Assembly: GCA_964523315.1 (NCBI GenBank)
Contig: CAZFYD010000002.1
Coordinates: 236 to 64,235 of the forward strand
Origin: an uncultured Acetatifactor sp.
Lineage (GTDB): Bacteria; Bacillota; Clostridia; Lachnospirales; Lachnospiraceae
Direction of reading: 5' to 3'
Length of the DNA: 64,000 nucleotides
Shown: in pieces, positions 49,312 through 58,673 of the stretch
Layout: the number at the start of each line of letters is the position of its first letter
Position numbering within the stretch: position 1 is the first letter of the stretch
Notes under the pieces: generated by a model
The model's database searches: none
The model's input: only the letters and a program-made list of their open reading frames with translations
What the model was told of the DNA's origin: nothing
Translations under genes and position numbers: made by a program

Positions 49312-50708
49312 CGGCGGCGGGATCTTTTCACCGCCTGCAGGATCTGCAGCGCCATGATCAGCAGCAGAAATACCAGCGCTGCCAACAGGCTCACCAGAAT
49401 AAAGTCCTGTATACTGATCCCCCGGGGCTCCCCATTCTCCTGCTGCGTCTCCTCCCGGACGCCCAGCCAGCCTCCGGCAGAGGCCTGCAGGCTTTCTTCG
49501 GCAGGCTCCTGCGATCCTCTGACCGTCTCCCCAGAAGCAGCCGGGCTCTCTTGCTGCGCCTCCTCCCGGGGCTTCTGAAAGACCGAATAGCCCTCCAGCA
49601 CATTGCTGTCGGTATAGGCCTCATACTGGTTATAGGCCCTGATGCAGATCCGGGGTATGATGCCTTCAGGGATTTCCAGCGTCACCCGGAACACATCCTG
49701 ATATTCTCCGGTCAGCGTATTACAGCCGGGCCAGGGCTGTCTGGAGGAATAGGTAAGTCCGCCGTCCAGACTATAGGCATAGTACATCAGGGGACTGTCA
49801 TAGTCTGCAGCCGTCACCTGGATCTCCGCCTCCAGTCCCTCATAATCTTCACGTAATCGTTCAATGCTGCAGATCTCCGGCGGCGTAGTATCCGGCAATG
49901 TGGACTGCACTACCTTGTCGGGATCCAGGGCATATATCTTCTGCAAAAAAGGATCCTCCGGCTCCCCACTGTAGTCCGTTCCCAGGCTCTCGCTGGATAA
50001 TCCCAGAAACATGGCAATAGCCTCCGCATCCTCGCAGCCGAAATCTTCCCACTCTTCCCGGCTGTCACAGTAAGGAGAATCCCGTACCTCGTCCACATGA
50101 CAGTGTTCAATGAGCACCGCCGGGATATCCAGAGCCACTGCCTCCCGGAGAATCCCATAGTAATCCCCGTTGTCGCCCCGGCGGGTTTTGATCCCCCGGA
50201 TAAACAGGCCCATATTCTGGAATCTGGTCAGCAGGGTACTGCCGAACTGGTAGCCATAGGCGTTATAGGGAGCTTCCAGCGGCACCCATACCTCCGAACC
50301 GAACAGCTCATGATTCTCCGACGCATTATAGTGGATGCTGAACAGGAAATCCGCTCCCACTGATTTCGCATACTCCGCCCGCTCTTTCAGAGAAAGTTTT
50401 GTATCATCGGTGCGGGTCATATACACCTGTACCCCGTCATAGCGGGACAGCACCTCATAGATTGCCTGGGCGGTCACCAAAGTCATCTCCTTTTCACAGA
50501 ATCCGTTTTCTTTAGTGCCCTCATTATTCCCGCCGTGTCCCGGATCGATCACCACCACAATATCCCGATCCTGCTGACGGAATGCATATGCCGCTTCTAC
50601 AGGCAATATCCGGGAGACTGTCAGAAGCACAGTCAGCAGAAATACCATGAATGCAGAAAAACCGGTTTCAAGGGGAAACCGGTTTTGTTTTCTTCTAAAG
50701 TTCCGCAT
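49293..50708 (-). CDS. N-acetylmuramoyl-L-alanine amidase (Amidase_3) with C-terminal membrane anchor
   Basis: IDPGHGG, EK, TR..D, SIHYNA, AVLIE; C-terminal TM plus basic tail. Confidence 0.9.
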   Translation of the reverse strand: MRNFRRKQNRFPLETGFSAFMVFLLTVLLTVSRILPVEAAYAFRQQDRDIVVVIDPGHGGNNEGTKENGFCEKEMTLVTAQAIYEVLSRYDGVQVYMTRTDDTKLSLKERAEYAKSVGADFLFSIHYNASENHELFGSEVWVPLEAPYNAYGYQFGSTLLTRFQNMGLFIRGIKTRRGDNGDYYGILREAVALDIPAVLIEHCHVDEVRDSPYCDSREEWEDFGCEDAEAIAMFLGLSSESLGTDYSGEPEDPFLQKIYALDPDKVVQSTLPDTTPPEICSIERLREDYEGLEAEIQVTAADYDSPLMYYAYSLDGGLTYSSRQPWPGCNTLTGEYQDVFRVTLEIPEGIIPRICIRAYNQYEAYTDSNVLEGYSVFQKPREEAQQESPAASGETVRGSQEPAEESLQASAGGWLGVREETQQENGEPRGISIQDFILVSLLAALVFLLLIMALQILQAVKRSRRRHNRKR

Positions 50709-51291
50709 CTGTATCCTCAACCTTCTCCGACAACACCACATCCTCATAATCGTCTGCGGGATGCAATTCATTTCTGTTGGATTGGATAATATCCCGGTAC
50801 TGATTCATGGATCCGATCAGGTTCTCATAATTGGACGCAGCTGATTGGGTAGCAGAAAGGATAATGTTCTCCAGATGCGCCAGCATATCATCCATGTACT
50901 GCATTGCTGCGGCCCTCACATTGTTGGCCTCTATCGTGGCATTGTCCAGAATCTCCTGAGCCTGCTGGGTAGCCATAGTCACCACCTCATTGGCCTGGGC
51001 ATAGGCCTGCTGCATAATCTCATGTTCATTAATCAGTTCATTGGTATGTATGGTTGCCTCATTGATCAGAGCCTCCGCCTTGGCCCGGGCATCGTTGAGT
51101 ATCGCCTCCTTGTTGCTGATAATCTTCTGATAGCGCTTGATCTCATCCGGCGTCTTCATCCGCAGATCCCGCAGCAGTTCATCGATCTGCTCCTTATTTA
51201 CAATGATCTTGGTACTGGATAAAGGCTGGTACTTACAGCTGTCAATATACTCCTCAATTTCATCGATTAATTGTTCTATTCTGCTACTCAT
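50695..51291 (-). CDS. Conserved coiled-coil protein downstream of coaD
   Basis: Helical protein (I..AR..AE..I, A..QA.E) in the usual rsmD-coaD context; GAGG RBS. Confidence 0.75.
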   Translation of the reverse strand: MSSRIEQLIDEIEEYIDSCKYQPLSSTKIIVNKEQIDELLRDLRMKTPDEIKRYQKIISNKEAILNDARAKAEALINEATIHTNELINEHEIMQQAYAQANEVVTMATQQAQEILDNATIEANNVRAAAMQYMDDMLAHLENIILSATQSAASNYENLIGSMNQYRDIIQSNRNELHPADDYEDVVLSEKVEDTDAEL

Positions 51292-51350
51292 GTAATCCTC
51301 CAAACCCATCCGGCTTTTTTTTAGGCCGGACACCTGATTTCACCGTCCTG

Positions 51351-51836
51351 TCAGCGGTAACCATATTTCCGATAGATCAGCTCTGCCTCCCACTCAGGAA
51401 CACACTGAGAGATGTCTCCGTTAAAGCTTGCAAATTCCTTCACGCTGGTGGAACTCAAGTAAGCATACTGCAGACTGGTGGTCAGGAATATGGTATCCAG
51501 CGCATCATTGGACATCATGCGGTTCGCCTGGGCAATCTGCAGCTCGTACTCAAAGTCCGTGATTGCGCGAAGACCTCTGACGGCAATTTGGAACCCTTTT
51601 TCCCGGCAATAATCGATCAGCAGCCCGCTGAAGCTGTCGACTTTCACATTCGGCAGATCTTTGGTTGCCTCCTCTAATATCTTAACACGTTCTTTTACAG
51701 AAAACAACGGTGTCTTTTGTGTATTATCCAAAACTGCCACAGTCATCTCATCAAACATGTATGCCGCCCGCCGGATAATATCCAGATGTCCAAAGGTCAT
51801 AGGATCAAAGCTTCCCGGATATACTGCCTTCTTCAT
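51351..51836 (-). CDS. coaD: Phosphopantetheine adenylyltransferase
   Basis: [28 protein letters not shown]. Confidence 0.98.
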   Translation of the reverse strand: MKKAVYPGSFDPMTFGHLDIIRRAAYMFDEMTVAVLDNTQKTPLFSVKERVKILEEATKDLPNVKVDSFSGLLIDYCREKGFQIAVRGLRAITDFEYELQIAQANRMMSNDALDTIFLTTSLQYAYLSSTSVKEFASFNGDISQCVPEWEAELIYRKYGYR

Positions 51837-51838
51837 AA

Positions 51839-52402
51839 TTACCTCTTTCCCGCAGCTGCTCTGCGCAGAAATATATGTTTATTGGTCTTATAGATTTTTT
51901 CCCGAACCACACAGAAGCCAAGCTCCTGCGCATAATCCATATGGGTTGCCAGGGAAGCCTCCACAATAATCAGGGTATCTCCCGTCACATAGCGCGTGTC
52001 CTGCAGTGCTTCCAGTACCCGCCTCTCCTGCTCCTGATCATAGGGGGGATCCATAAAAAGGATATCCACTTCTTTTTCCGATATGCCGGATAATGCTGCC
52101 ACGGCATCCTGCCGCAGGATTACGGCCCGATCCTCAAAGTGGGTAAATTTCAGATTTTCTGTGATGCAGGCCAGGGGATCCCGGGCATTTTCGATAAAAT
52201 AAGCCCTTTTGGCTCCCCGGCTCAGGGCCTCAATCCCGATTCCGCCGCTGCCGCTGAACACATCCACAAATACACTGCCCGGAATATCATTCTGCAGGAT
52301 ATTAAACAAAGTCTCCTTGATTCTGTCCGTGGTGGGGCGGGTTCCCTCCCCCAGGGGAGTCTTTAATGGCAGACTCCTTGCCGTACCTGCGATCACTCTC
52401 AT
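51839..52402 (-). CDS. rsmD: 16S rRNA m2G966 methyltransferase
   Basis: [38 protein letters not shown]. Confidence 0.96.
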   Translation of the reverse strand: MRVIAGTARSLPLKTPLGEGTRPTTDRIKETLFNILQNDIPGSVFVDVFSGSGGIGIEALSRGAKRAYFIENARDPLACITENLKFTHFEDRAVILRQDAVAALSGISEKEVDILFMDPPYDQEQERRVLEALQDTRYVTGDTLIIVEASLATHMDYAQELGFCVVREKIYKTNKHIFLRRAAAGKR

Positions 52403-52422
52403 TTAGTCTCTCCTATGCTTCT

Positions 52423-54666
52423 TCAGGCTCTCACTTTGACTCCCTTGGTGTCCCGTTTGCCGAGCTTTAAGCTGTTCAGCACCAGGTTCTTACTCTTATA
52501 GGGAATGGAAGCCTCCACTGCATTCTGGGTATAGTATACACCCTCTATCCTGTCCTTGTCATCTAATTTCATACCACGGACGCCCAAGGCGCCCTTTTTC
52601 TTCTCTGGTATCTCCTCCAGCGCAAACCGCAGGAAGTATCCCCCCCTGGACTGCAGCACGATATGCTTCTGATCATGGAGACAGACGATGCTTACCACCT
52701 TATCCCCCTCCAGCAGCTTTGTGGCAGCCACCGTGCGCTTGCTCACATCAAACTCTCCGCCGTCCACCACCTTCATCATGGACTGAGCTGTGACAAACAG
52801 CACCCTGCAGAGATTCAGCTCCGTCTGGCTGGTCAGGAAAACGATCTCTTCCCTGTCCGAGCTGTAATTGCTCACATTGTCGATGGGCGTACCCTTATCC
52901 CGGAATTTTCCGAAGGGCAGATCCATGACCTTTATGGTGTACAGCTGCCCGGTGTCTGTAAACAGACAGACCTTACCCGTGTTTTTACACCGGAAAACAT
53001 ACTTATTCTCGGCATCCGCCGCATCCCGGTTGCGCTCGTAGGTGGTCAGATCGATGGTCTTGGCATAGCCAAAGCGGTCCATCAGGAACATAATTTCCAT
53101 CTCTTCGATTTCTTTTTCCTTATAGACAGCCTCCTGGGCATTCTCGATGACGGTGCGGCGCTTGCGGCCGTATTCTCTCTTGATCTCCTCCAGCTCGTTG
53201 ATAATGACCTGAGCCATGGAATCCCTGCGGGCCAGAATGTCCTCATAGCGGTAGATATTGGCCATGGTCTCCTCGTGCTCATGAATCAATGCTTCGATCT
53301 CCAGACCGATCAGCTTATACAGACGCATCTCCAGAATGGCGTTGGCCTGTTTCTCGGTGAACATCAGCTGAGCCGCCATGATTTTAGATTCCCTGGACTT
53401 GAATTTGATGCCGTCCACCACGCCGTGTACCAGACATTCCTTGGCCATGTTCCGATCCTTGGAGCCCCGCAGAATCTCAATGATCAGATCGATCACATTG
53501 CAGGCTTTGATCAGACCCTCCTGAATCTCCCTGCGCTCCGTCTCCTTGGCCAGCAAATTGGTGTACTTGCGGGTAGCAACCTCATACTGGAAATCCACTG
53601 TCGCTTTCAGCACCGCTTTCAGGCCCATGATCTCCGGCCTGCCGTTATAGATGGCAAGCATATTGACGCCGAAGGTATCCTCCAGCCGGGTCTTTTTATA
53701 CAGGAGATTCACAAAGTTTTCCGGATCCGCATCCCTGCGCAGTTCGATCACAATGCGAATGCCCTCCTTGGAGGACTGGTTGGAAATATCCACAATATCC
53801 TGGGTCTTCCTGCTCTCCGCCAGGGCCGCTACGTCCTGAAGAAATTTGGAAATATTGCTGCCGATCATCGGATAGGGAATCTCCGTTATAACCACATTGG
53901 TTTTGCCGCCCTTGGATTTTTCAAATTCCACCTTTCCCCGGATCTTGATCTTGCCCGTGCCGGTCTCGTAGATCTCCAGCAGGTCGTCCTTGTTGGTGAC
54001 AATGCCTCCTGTGGGGAAATCCGGGCCTTTGATATGGCGCATCAGCTCCCGGGTCGTAATATTTTCATCCAGCATATAGGCTTTCATGGCGTCGATGACT
54101 TCTCCCAGATTATGAGGAGGCGTACTGGTAGCCATACCCACCGCAATGCCCTCGGAACCGTTAATCAGGAAATTGGGAATCTTTACCGGCAGAACGGTGG
54201 GCTCCTTCTCCGTCTCGTCAAAGTTGGGCATGAAGTCCACCACGTCCTTGTCCAGATCCGCCAGAAACGCTTCCTGCGTGATCTTCTGCAGTCTGGCCTC
54301 CGTGTATCGCATGGCAGCCGCTCCGTCCCCCTCGATATTGCCAAAGTTGCCGTGGCCGTCGACCAGGGGCAGCCCCTTTTTGAAATCCTGACTCATCACC
54401 ACCAGGGAGTCGTAGATAGAGCTGTCGCCGTGGGGATGATATTTACCCATGGTATCGCCCACTATACGGGCGCTCTTCCGGTAGGGCTTATCGTATCGGA
54501 TCCCCAGCTCATGCATATCGTACAGGGTTCTGCGCTGCACGGGCTTTAAGCCGTCCCGCACATCCGGCAGCGCCCTGGCGATAATGACGCTCATGGCATA
54601 GTCGATAAAGGACTTCTGCATCTCCTCCGAATATTCTGTTCTGATGATTCTGCTGTTGTCTTCCAT
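52423..54666 (-). CDS. parC: Type IIA topoisomerase subunit A (probable topoisomerase IV ParC)
   Basis: [30 protein letters not shown]; short C-terminal domain with no visible GyrA box. Confidence 0.82.
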   Translation of the reverse strand: MEDNSRIIRTEYSEEMQKSFIDYAMSVIIARALPDVRDGLKPVQRRTLYDMHELGIRYDKPYRKSARIVGDTMGKYHPHGDSSIYDSLVVMSQDFKKGLPLVDGHGNFGNIEGDGAAAMRYTEARLQKITQEAFLADLDKDVVDFMPNFDETEKEPTVLPVKIPNFLINGSEGIAVGMATSTPPHNLGEVIDAMKAYMLDENITTRELMRHIKGPDFPTGGIVTNKDDLLEIYETGTGKIKIRGKVEFEKSKGGKTNVVITEIPYPMIGSNISKFLQDVAALAESRKTQDIVDISNQSSKEGIRIVIELRRDADPENFVNLLYKKTRLEDTFGVNMLAIYNGRPEIMGLKAVLKATVDFQYEVATRKYTNLLAKETERREIQEGLIKACNVIDLIIEILRGSKDRNMAKECLVHGVVDGIKFKSRESKIMAAQLMFTEKQANAILEMRLYKLIGLEIEALIHEHEETMANIYRYEDILARRDSMAQVIINELEEIKREYGRKRRTVIENAQEAVYKEKEIEEMEIMFLMDRFGYAKTIDLTTYERNRDAADAENKYVFRCKNTGKVCLFTDTGQLYTIKVMDLPFGKFRDKGTPIDNVSNYSSDREEIVFLTSQTELNLCRVLFVTAQSMMKVVDGGEFDVSKRTVAATKLLEGDKVVSIVCLHDQKHIVLQSRGGYFLRFALEEIPEKKKGALGVRGMKLDDKDRIEGVYYTQNAVEASIPYKSKNLVLNSLKLGKRDTKGVKVRA

Positions 54667-54719
54667 ATTTCCCTCTCCGTATTCCCAAATTATATCAAAA
54701 TGAAACATAAAATCAACAC

Positions 54720-54844
54720 TTATCTTCCCACAATGATGCTGTCCACTGCATTGCAGGTCATCTGAAAAATAATTCCCAATACCAGCGGTATCGTAAAACT
54801 GATCAGTATGGGGGAATTTGCCCTTCCCTCAGATCCTTGGTCAT
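54720..54844 (-). pseudogene. N-terminal remnant of a MATE family efflux transporter
   Basis: AAGAGG RBS, then MTKDLREGQIP, a 1-nt frameshift, then ILISFTIPLVLGIIFQMTCNAVDSIIVGR-stop. Confidence 0.8.
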
Positions 54845-54927
54845 TAACAGTACCTCTTGAAGGCTTTATTCCTAAAATTCGGGCAGCTCCGTAAAGACCA
54901 CCTTTTCACCGTCGGCGATTCCCTCCT

Positions 54928-55536
54928 TCAGATCGGCGAAATTTCCTGCTCCTCCAGCGTAATCCAGTATCTCTGTTCGGTCACGCCGTCCTCTGTGATT
55001 TCATTTTCCAGGATACCGCCGTTACGGATGATGCTTTTGGCGGAACCGATATTCTCCTTATCACAAACCATCAGGACTTTGCTGATGCCCAGTTCCCAGC
55101 ATTTCTGCAGTGCCAGTCCGATCATCTCCGTGGCAATCCCTTTTCGCCGTTCGGAAGGTCTGACGCCGTCGCCTATGTGCCCGCCGTTTCGCAGCAGGGC
55201 GTCATTCAGTTCATGCCGGATATTTACGGCGCCCACCATCCTGTTTCTCTCTTCATCCAGACAGAAATAGGTGGAATCCGGCACCAGTCCCAAACTTTCC
55301 TCTGAATGCATATCGCAAGCCGTGCTTGTGATACTGCACAAATCCGTATATGAAACGTCAGTTTCATACTTTGTATCGGTAATATCCAGGTTCCGGCAAT
55401 AATAATCAAAATCATGATAATCCAGACGCCGGATCGCATAGGGAATGATCTTCTCCCCGGAGGCATACCACTCTTCCAGCATCTCGGTGATCTGGGGCCG
55501 ATATTCCTCTGCGGCCCTCACTAATTTCAGTTTCAT
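54928..55536 (-). CDS. GNAT family N-acetyltransferase carrying an in-frame repeat insertion
   Basis: VGAVNIRH, GGHIGDGVRPSERRKG, N.GS.K.I..NGG, RYWI. Confidence 0.92.
   Translation of the reverse strand: MKLKLVRAAEEYRPQITEMLEEWYASGEKIIPYAIRRLDYHDFDYYCRNLDITDTKYETDVSYTDLCSITSTACDMHSEESLGLVPDSTYFCLDEERNRMVGAVNIRHELNDALLRNGGHIGDGVRPSERRKGIATEMIGLALQKCWELGISKVLMVCDKENIGSAKSIIRNGGILENEITEDGVTEQRYWITLEEQEISPI
55306..55372. repeat. 67-bp two-hairpin dispersed repeat, copy 2 (intragenic)
   Basis: Matches 47428-47494; lies within the GNAT ORF. Confidence 0.92.
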
Positions 55537-55672
55537 AAATATATACCTCGTTTCGGCTTATCCCTTATAATCAATATGCAAAAAGCTATATTTGCTCTTA
55601 CCAGTGCATTTCTGAAATACCAGGAGGTTTCTTTTCTGTTACAGGGCATTACCGGCGATGCTGTGAATCGTT

Positions 55673-57601
55673 CTATGCATTATAATCCAGCTCCGCATCC
55701 GTGGCGTGGTCGTAAATAAAGGCTTTGCGGGGCGGGACTTCGGTTCCCATCAGGGTACTGGTAATATCGGAGGCCAGGCGGGCATCCTCGATCTCCACCC
55801 GCTTCATGATCCGGGTAGCAGGATCCAGCGTGGTCTCCCACAGCTGCTGGGCGTCCATCTCTCCCAAGCCCTTATAACGCTGCAGCGTAAAGGGGCCCTT
55901 GTGGGTCTTGCGGTACTTTTCCAGCGCCTTGTCGTCGTAGAGATACTCCTCCTTGCCCTTGGACGGCATGGCCTTGTACAGCGGCGGCATGGCAATATAT
56001 ACATGTCCCTCAAAGATCAGCTCCGGCATGAAACGGTAGAACAGCGTCAGCAGCAGATTTGAAATATGCGCACCGTCCACATCCGCATCCGCCATGATAA
56101 TGATCTTATCGTAGCGCAGCTTGGTGATATCGAAATCATTGCCGTACCCTTCGGAAAAACCGCACCCAAAGGCATTGATCATGGTCTTGATCTCCGCATT
56201 GGCCAGCACCTTGTCTATGCTGGCCTTCTCCACGTTCAGAATCTTGCCTCGGATGGGCAGAATCGCCTGAAAGCTCCGGTCCCGGGCTGTCTTGGCGCTG
56301 CCCCCTGCGGAATCGCCCTCCACAATAAAGATCTCACATTTGGAAGCGTCCTTGGACTCGCAGTTCGCCAGCTTTCCGTTGGAATCAAAGGAGAATTTCT
56401 GCTTGGTCAGCATATTGGTCTTGGCTTTCTCCTCCGTCTTGCGGATCTTGGCCGCTTTTTCCGCACAGGCAATAATATTTTTCAGGGTCTCCAGATTTCG
56501 GTCAAAATACCGGACGATCTCCTCGCCGGTCACCTTTGCCACCACCTTGGCAGCGTCCTGGTTGTCCAGCTTGGTCTTGGTCTGTCCCTCAAAACGGGGA
56601 TCCGGATGCTTGATGGACACCACCGCCGTCATGCCGTTTCGCACATCCGCTCCCGTAAAATTCACATCCTTTTCCTTCAAAACTCCCAGCTCCCGGGCAT
56701 AGGTATTGATTACATTGGTAAACTGGGTCTTGAAGCCGGTCAGGTGGGCACCGCCCTCGGAATTGTAGATATTGTTGCAGAAGCCCAGCACATTCTCATG
56801 AAACTCATTCACATACTGAAAAGCCACCTCAACCACGATGCCTTCAGATTCCCCCTTAAAGTAAATACAGTCATGAACCGGCTCGGCGCCTTTATTCATA
56901 TCCTTGATAAAGCCCGTTATCCCTTCCGGTTCATGGAAGGTCACCTGCTCCGGCTCCTCCTTGCGCTTGTCCTCGAAAATAATGGTCAGATCCGGATTCA
57001 GATAAGCAGTCTCATGCAGGCGGCTCTTCACCTCGTCCTCTTTAAAACGGGTCTTATCAAAAATCGTATCATCCGGCAGGAAATTAATCGTTGTCCCGCT
57101 CTCCCGGGTCTTGCCGATGATCGGAAGCAGACCGTTTTCCAGCTCCACCACCGGCAGGCCCTTCTCATACTGATCCTGATAAATGCACCCTCCCAATTTG
57201 ACTGTAACAGTCAATCGATTGGAAAGTGCATTCACCACGGAGGAGCCCACGCCGTGAAGGCCGCCGCTGGTCTTATAGGCATTATTATCGAATTTGCCCC
57301 CTGCGTGCAGCGTGGTAAACACCAGGCGCTCCGCACTGATTCCTTTTTCATGCATCCCCACCGGGATACCTCTGCCGTTATCGCTTACCGTAGCCGATCC
57401 GTCCGCCTCCAGAGTCACCCGGATCGTGTCACAATAACCGGCCAGATGCTCGTCCACGGAATTGTCTACAATCTCATAGATCAGATGATTCAGTCCCTTG
57501 GTGGACACACTGCCGATATACATGCCCGGGCGTTTCCGTACCGCCTCCAGACCCTCCAGCACGGTTATGCTGGATGCATCATAATTACTTGCTTTAGCCA
57601 T
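55673..57601 (-). CDS. parE: Type IIA topoisomerase subunit B (probable topoisomerase IV ParE)
   Basis: LEAVRKRPGMYIG, EIVDNSVDE, GGLHGVG, EGDSA, DADVDG, YKGLGEM. Confidence 0.82.
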   Translation of the reverse strand: MAKASNYDASSITVLEGLEAVRKRPGMYIGSVSTKGLNHLIYEIVDNSVDEHLAGYCDTIRVTLEADGSATVSDNGRGIPVGMHEKGISAERLVFTTLHAGGKFDNNAYKTSGGLHGVGSSVVNALSNRLTVTVKLGGCIYQDQYEKGLPVVELENGLLPIIGKTRESGTTINFLPDDTIFDKTRFKEDEVKSRLHETAYLNPDLTIIFEDKRKEEPEQVTFHEPEGITGFIKDMNKGAEPVHDCIYFKGESEGIVVEVAFQYVNEFHENVLGFCNNIYNSEGGAHLTGFKTQFTNVINTYARELGVLKEKDVNFTGADVRNGMTAVVSIKHPDPRFEGQTKTKLDNQDAAKVVAKVTGEEIVRYFDRNLETLKNIIACAEKAAKIRKTEEKAKTNMLTKQKFSFDSNGKLANCESKDASKCEIFIVEGDSAGGSAKTARDRSFQAILPIRGKILNVEKASIDKVLANAEIKTMINAFGCGFSEGYGNDFDITKLRYDKIIIMADADVDGAHISNLLLTLFYRFMPELIFEGHVYIAMPPLYKAMPSKGKEEYLYDDKALEKYRKTHKGPFTLQRYKGLGEMDAQQLWETTLDPATRIMKRVEIEDARLASDITSTLMGTEVPPRKAFIYDHATDAELDYNA

Positions 57602-57682
57602 AAATTACCTCTTTTTTAAACATATATAATTAATTATACCATATATTTTGTGGTCAGGAAAGGAAAAAGTACCATATTTATG

Positions 57683-57714
57683 AAAAAATCCTGCATACCT
57701 GACGGTATGCAGGA
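57683..57714 (-). terminator. Intrinsic terminator after the DegV gene
   Basis: 11-bp perfect stem TCCTGCATACC/GGTATGCAGGA, 4-nt loop, T run on the minus strand. Confidence 0.85.
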
Positions 57715-57754
57715 CTGCAAAACAACCATTGCTGCGAGCAGTTAGAAGCTCTTC

Positions 57755-58624
57755 TCACACATCGATCTTCCGACAGCAGGCAAAGGCCAGTGCGCCGGGG
57801 CCGATATGGCAGGCTACGCTCAGGGAAAGGGGATCTATATGGATATCGTAGCCGGGGAACTGCTCCAGAATCTCTTTTTTATAGAGCTCCGCCGCTTCCG
57901 CATTGGCAGTGTGCGCAATCTGCAGCCAGATATGCTTATCCTCGGTCATGCCGCCGAAGCGGGTCTCGATATCCTTTTTAATGGCATTGATCATAATGGA
58001 TTTGCCCTGATTGATCGTACGGGCCTTTGCAAAGGCGTCCAGCTTTTCTCCCTGAATCTGCAGCACGGGCTTGAGCTTCAGCAAAGTCCCCAGCGCTGCC
58101 GCAGCCGGGGTAATGCGCCCGCCCTTTTTCAGATAATACAGGGTGTCCAGCATAATATAGATACTGCTGTTGAACTTATCCTTTTCCAAAAACTCCTTGA
58201 TCTCTGCGGCATTCATGCCCTTTGCCGCCAGCAGCTTTGCGTCCAGGGCGGACTGTCTCTGGGTTACCGAGATCCGCTGGTTGTTCACCACCTGCACCTT
58301 TCCGTCATAGTCCTGGGCCAGCATAATAGCGCTCTCACAGGAACTGGACAACCCGCTGCTCATCGGGATATGCACAATCTCATCATATTCCTTCAGCACA
58401 TCGTCCCATAGCCGCATCACCGAATCCGGTGCGGGCTGACTGGTATGGATATCTGCACCGTCCTGCAGCTTCTCGTAAAATTGCTCCTGCGTCAGATTAA
58501 TATCCTCAAAATAAGACTCTTCATTGATAAAAAACGGCATCGGCAAAACAATGATTCCCATTTCCCTTGCCTGTGACTGGGTAATTCCACTATTGCTATC
58601 TGTAATAACGGCAACCTTCGGCAT
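57755..58624 (-). CDS. DegV family fatty acid-binding protein (FakB-like)
   Basis: VITDS, TSQP, SSGLSSS, L.YLKKGGRI, HIGPG. Confidence 0.94.
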   Translation of the reverse strand: MPKVAVITDSNSGITQSQAREMGIIVLPMPFFINEESYFEDINLTQEQFYEKLQDGADIHTSQPAPDSVMRLWDDVLKEYDEIVHIPMSSGLSSSCESAIMLAQDYDGKVQVVNNQRISVTQRQSALDAKLLAAKGMNAAEIKEFLEKDKFNSSIYIMLDTLYYLKKGGRITPAAAALGTLLKLKPVLQIQGEKLDAFAKARTINQGKSIMINAIKKDIETRFGGMTEDKHIWLQIAHTANAEAAELYKKEILEQFPGYDIHIDPLSLSVACHIGPGALAFACCRKIDV

Positions 58625-58673
58625 CGTCTTTTCATCCTCCCTGATCCATTAAACTAATAGTCAAATTATACAT

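Noticed and set aside
47428-55372. 67-bp repeats as a CRISPR array or as the ends of one composite element
   Set aside because: Only two copies 7.9 kb apart, no spacers or cas genes, and the DNA between them is core (coaD, rsmD, parC).
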